A stretch of 64,000 nucleotides of DNA from Raillietiella orientalis (lineage: Eukaryota): NCBI GenBank assembly GCA_036172245.1, contig JAYWIR010000003.1, forward strand, positions 2,480,001-2,544,000, given 5' to 3'. The position numbers were made by a program, and so were the translations under genes. Of the stretch, positions 61,150-64,000 are shown piece by piece (position 1 is the stretch's first letter; each line of letters opens with the position of its first letter). The notes beneath the pieces were generated by a model. That model saw only the letters and a list, made by a program, of their open reading frames with translations, was not told the DNA's origin and made no database searches.

Positions 61150-62110
61150 TCTCTAGAGAGTGTGCACCCTTGCCCCGAAGGCGGCAATGCCGCCCGCTCA
61201 CCTAGGGCTCACCCGGCCGCCGACCCACCCCTGGGGCGACGAGTGTCCCTTGTCCTGGCATCCCAAAGCGTGGTTCCCAGCAGACGAGGAGCGGAGGATC
61301 CCGCGGGAAGACACGGAGGGAGGACGGGGGTCTCTCCCTCACAGAACCCCTCCGTCCCCACCGTCGCGCTACCCAAACGGCGGGGGCTGGGCGGAGGATC
61401 CCAGCTCGCCTTCCATATCCTCGCCTGGAGGCCTTCGCCGGGGCGCTGTAGGAGTCCGAGGGCGCCACATATCTGGACGCGGGCTCGAAGGCTGCCATCC
61501 GCGGACCAGCAGAGCGGATCCGCCGCCGCCACCAAGCGGGGCGGCGCTAATCCAATTATCCGGATCTCCGAAGCGGCCCTTGCCGCGCGACCCTTCTCCA
61601 TCAAATCCTTGTTACGCCAGGGGATTCCGGCAGCTCGGCGTTCCTTGCCCTGTCGTGAACTCCCCTCCTAGGCGTCTCCCCTCCGCGCTGGAAGCTTCAT
61701 CCAGCAGCCGGAGCACGAAAGCGCGAGCGGGCATCTGCGCCCTCTCCCGCCGCCGACGCTCTGGATGGGAGCGGGCGGACTCTCTTCGCAGGCCGGGTAG
61801 TTGGCTACAAAGTTTGATCGGGCGTTGGAGGGCTTCCCTGACGACGCGGGGCAAGCAGGCAGGGAAGTTGATCGCCTCCCGGGCGCCCCGAGGGGACCAA
61901 GGCGTCCTGGGAGTTACCCTCTGAAGAGGGGTGGTTCCTTTAGCAGGCAAGGCAGCAGACGGGCACAAGAACCGTTCCGGTACGTGGTCCACCCCCTGGA
62001 CTGTGCTCGAAGCGGCCGCGTCCCAACGCCCCTCCGGCTATCGTCCCGACGACGCGTGGAATTTCGGACCTGCGCGCGCACCCGCTCTTCCTCGCTAGGA
62101 CCGGTGAGCT
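61150..62110 (+). mobile_element. Fossil CR1-like ORF2 3' fragment W
   Basis: ORF 61063: SQSVVPSRR (RSVASRSR), SQLAFHILAWRP (PHLEYCVQFWAP), SEAALAARPFSIKSLLRQG (YEERLRELGLFSLEKRRLRG); gtggtccaccccctggact ~61984 (VVxHWN). Confidence 0.5.
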
Positions 62111-62229
62111 CTGCTGGATGCGCTCCTGGCGCTAACGGGAAAGGCAGGTCATCGGAGGATTCTGTTTATTTAATGCATCCCTCCCACTGGAACCGCGGCT
62201 AATTAGGGGGAGATTTCTTTATGACGGGG

Positions 62230-64000
62230 AGATGCGTCGGGCGGGGAGGGAAGAAATCCCGAATGAGAGGCCTGGAGGGCGCGTTCCGCGTCTGGCGAGC
62301 GGCTTCAAGGAAAGAGCTCCCACCGTGCAACGGCGTCACCCTTGCTCCTCAGACGTCCCTAAGCCTGAGAAATGAACGTCTCTTCACGTTTTCCCTCCCG
62401 GCCGTCTTGACGAAGGGGAGGAGGAGGAGAAGGAAGAGGGATGGTAGAAGACCTTCTTGGACGTCGGTATCTCTCTGCTTCCGAGCAGCACGGGGAATCA
62501 ACGAAAAAGCGGAGAAGGGAGCCGTCCCCAAAGATGCGTGCGTGAGAGGGCGCGAAGTCTTGGTGTTGCTCTCGTGGGCGGGCGAAAGCAGTGCTTCTGG
62601 TCGTCAAGAAGAGCGATTCACTCCTCGGGTTGTCGTTGCCTTCCCCTACGCTGCAAACCGTTAAGCACGTACTGCCACCACCGCCACACGCTTCCTGCTC
62701 GAGAGCCAGGTCGCAGTGGGTCGTGGTATCCAGGGAAACGTGCAGGACATGACCGTTCGGTAAGAACGTGTTGAACCGATTCCCCTTGAATTTTCTCGGC
62801 TGCTTAGCGCGCAGCTGTCTGTACGCCGGCCCTGGAGGACACTTCGCCGGAAGACCTTTCCCCAGCGGCAGCTGGGATTTCTTTTTGTTTTCAACTCTGC
62901 ATCTACAGCAGGGGAAGGAACGAGGATCAGAGTTTTGGTTCCGAACCACGCTGTGGCGTACGCGAACTGGGTGTTTTGATAAGGTGCGCTCCTCGTGAAG
63001 GACGCCTCCACCAGGACGCTTGGTTTCCGCTGACAACCAATGCTTCCCTTATCCAGAGAAGCTCCGTGAGCTTTCGTGTTCGCAGAGCCGACGTGGCGCA
63101 GCTTGGACTCGCTACCCTGGTGTCTTTCGAGTTCGGAAAGCAAATCTAGCCCAACTCACTGCTTCCAGAAATTCTTTGGCGAAGGACTCCCTTCACCTTT
63201 CGGAGCTTTTCGGCAAGGCGCCCACCGCCAGGTGCCGCTACTTCTTGTACATGTTGCTTATGGAACACGCGGAGGTGTGCTTATGGAACAAACGAGAACC
63301 GACTCGAGGGTAACAGGCAAGCGGACCTCAAAGCAAACTTTTCCTGAATTCCTCTGGGCCTTCATATGTGCCATCCCCAAAGAAAAGAAGGAACCTGCAA
63401 GAGGTCCTCCGATTTATTGGGTTTTTAGTTTCTCAGTGTTTCTGCAGCCCACACCATACTGCATCTACCTCGAGAGCATGTGCGGCGAATGAGAGATGAC
63501 GTAAGCGGTCAATGTTTCATGGAAACACCCAAAATTGGGATCAGGATGTTAGAAATAAGTGGGAGCATCCCTTTCGCCTGCTTCAAACCGGCTATCGGAG
63601 ACCCCTTGAGGAGCAGATGCGATACCCATAGTCTGTGCATTCGAAACTGCGCCGAAGACATCCCTTCCGTGGATGCGGCAACGCAAGAACGGAAGGGGAC
63701 CGTGGCACGGATAAGTCACATCTGAAGGGAAAAAAAATTTGGCGCCCAGGAACACCCCTTGCACTTGCAGAACTCCTTGAGAGACCAAACTCTTTCCGTC
63801 TCCAGAGGCAAACTTTGATGCCAAGGCGAGGAAGGAATGATACCATTTCGAATGGTCCGAGCCATGGTCCTCTTGCATTCTTGGATTGTTCTTGATTAAT
63901 ACTTATTCATCTCATGGGCGTTCGCTCTCGGAGAAGGAGATTAAGCGACCTTGAATCCTTTCAGACGTTTTGAGGCTCAGCAGTTCGAGGAAGAACGCCA
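62230..64000 (+). mobile_element. Fossil CR1-like ORF2, copy X (linker and RT; runs off the right edge)
   Basis: INEKAE (DxEKAE, ORF 62221); AGPGG (GPDG); VP..W..AN..F**G ~62938-62985; RLVS-LT; LHLSELFGKAP (LDFSKAFDKVP, ORF 63020); AYGTRGGVL..CAIPKE..GPPIYWVF (xYGIRGxVL..SGVPQG..GPxLFNIF, ORF 63076); MFHGNT-KLG ~63512 (KFADDTKLG); EGDRG (ERDLG); KEIKR-LESFQ ~63935. Confidence 0.8.

Noticed and set aside
28485..62910. Consensus splice sites (GG|GTAAGT on - at 28490; CAG|GTGAGT at 45388 and 46058; acceptor-like tracts at 38638 and 62907)
   Set aside because: No coherent coding exon chain results and all lie within CR1 relics. Use in a non-coding transcript cannot be judged without RNA data.
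63255..63290. 13-bp direct repeat tgcttatggaaca as a target-site duplication
   Set aside because: Only 10 bp lie between the copies; it is more likely a small local duplication.
63740..63757. tRNA-Lys primer-binding site (tggcgccc...)
   Set aside because: Only 8 nt match, there is no LTR, and it lies inside CR1 copy X.
1..64000. Hox cluster or rDNA spacer
   Set aside because: Suggested by the TTTATGG/TGATTTA words and GC-richness, but I found no homeobox, miR-10/miR-196 or rRNA sequence, and the DNA is accounted for by CR1 relics.

Overview
Eukaryotic, most likely vertebrate (amniote-like) genomic DNA, GC- and CpG-rich and full of homopolymer runs and simple repeats. I find no intact protein-coding gene, RNA gene or CRISPR array; the many ORFs in the track are not real genes. 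Reading across frameshifts, almost the whole window translates into corroded remnants of CR1-clade LINE ORF2 (APE endonuclease, linker, reverse transcriptase, C-terminus). The canonical motifs recur in the correct order again and again: VGVxYRPP, ALVLMGDFN, PTR, LDFxxADF, RPxW, EKAExLN, GPDG, VPxDWxxAN, DPGNYRPVSL, QHGF, LDFSKAFD, NWL, GVPQG, FADDTKL, IQRDL, ERDLG, ANxILGC, RPHLEYC, VQRRA, YEERL, RTRGNG, WNxLP. I count about 24 ORF2 segments tiled nearly end to end, about 23 on the + strand and one inverted (about 37.6-40.9 kb). They are so diverged that I see no obvious DNA-level similarity between copies, yet they are CpG-rich rather than CpG-depleted. Superimposed on them are a dispersed acidic (GAN)n-type repeat family, local tandem duplications and many promoter-type motifs, notably RFX X-boxes. 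The motif matches were made by eye against my recollection of the CR1 consensus, and copy boundaries are approximate (roughly +/-100-200 bp).
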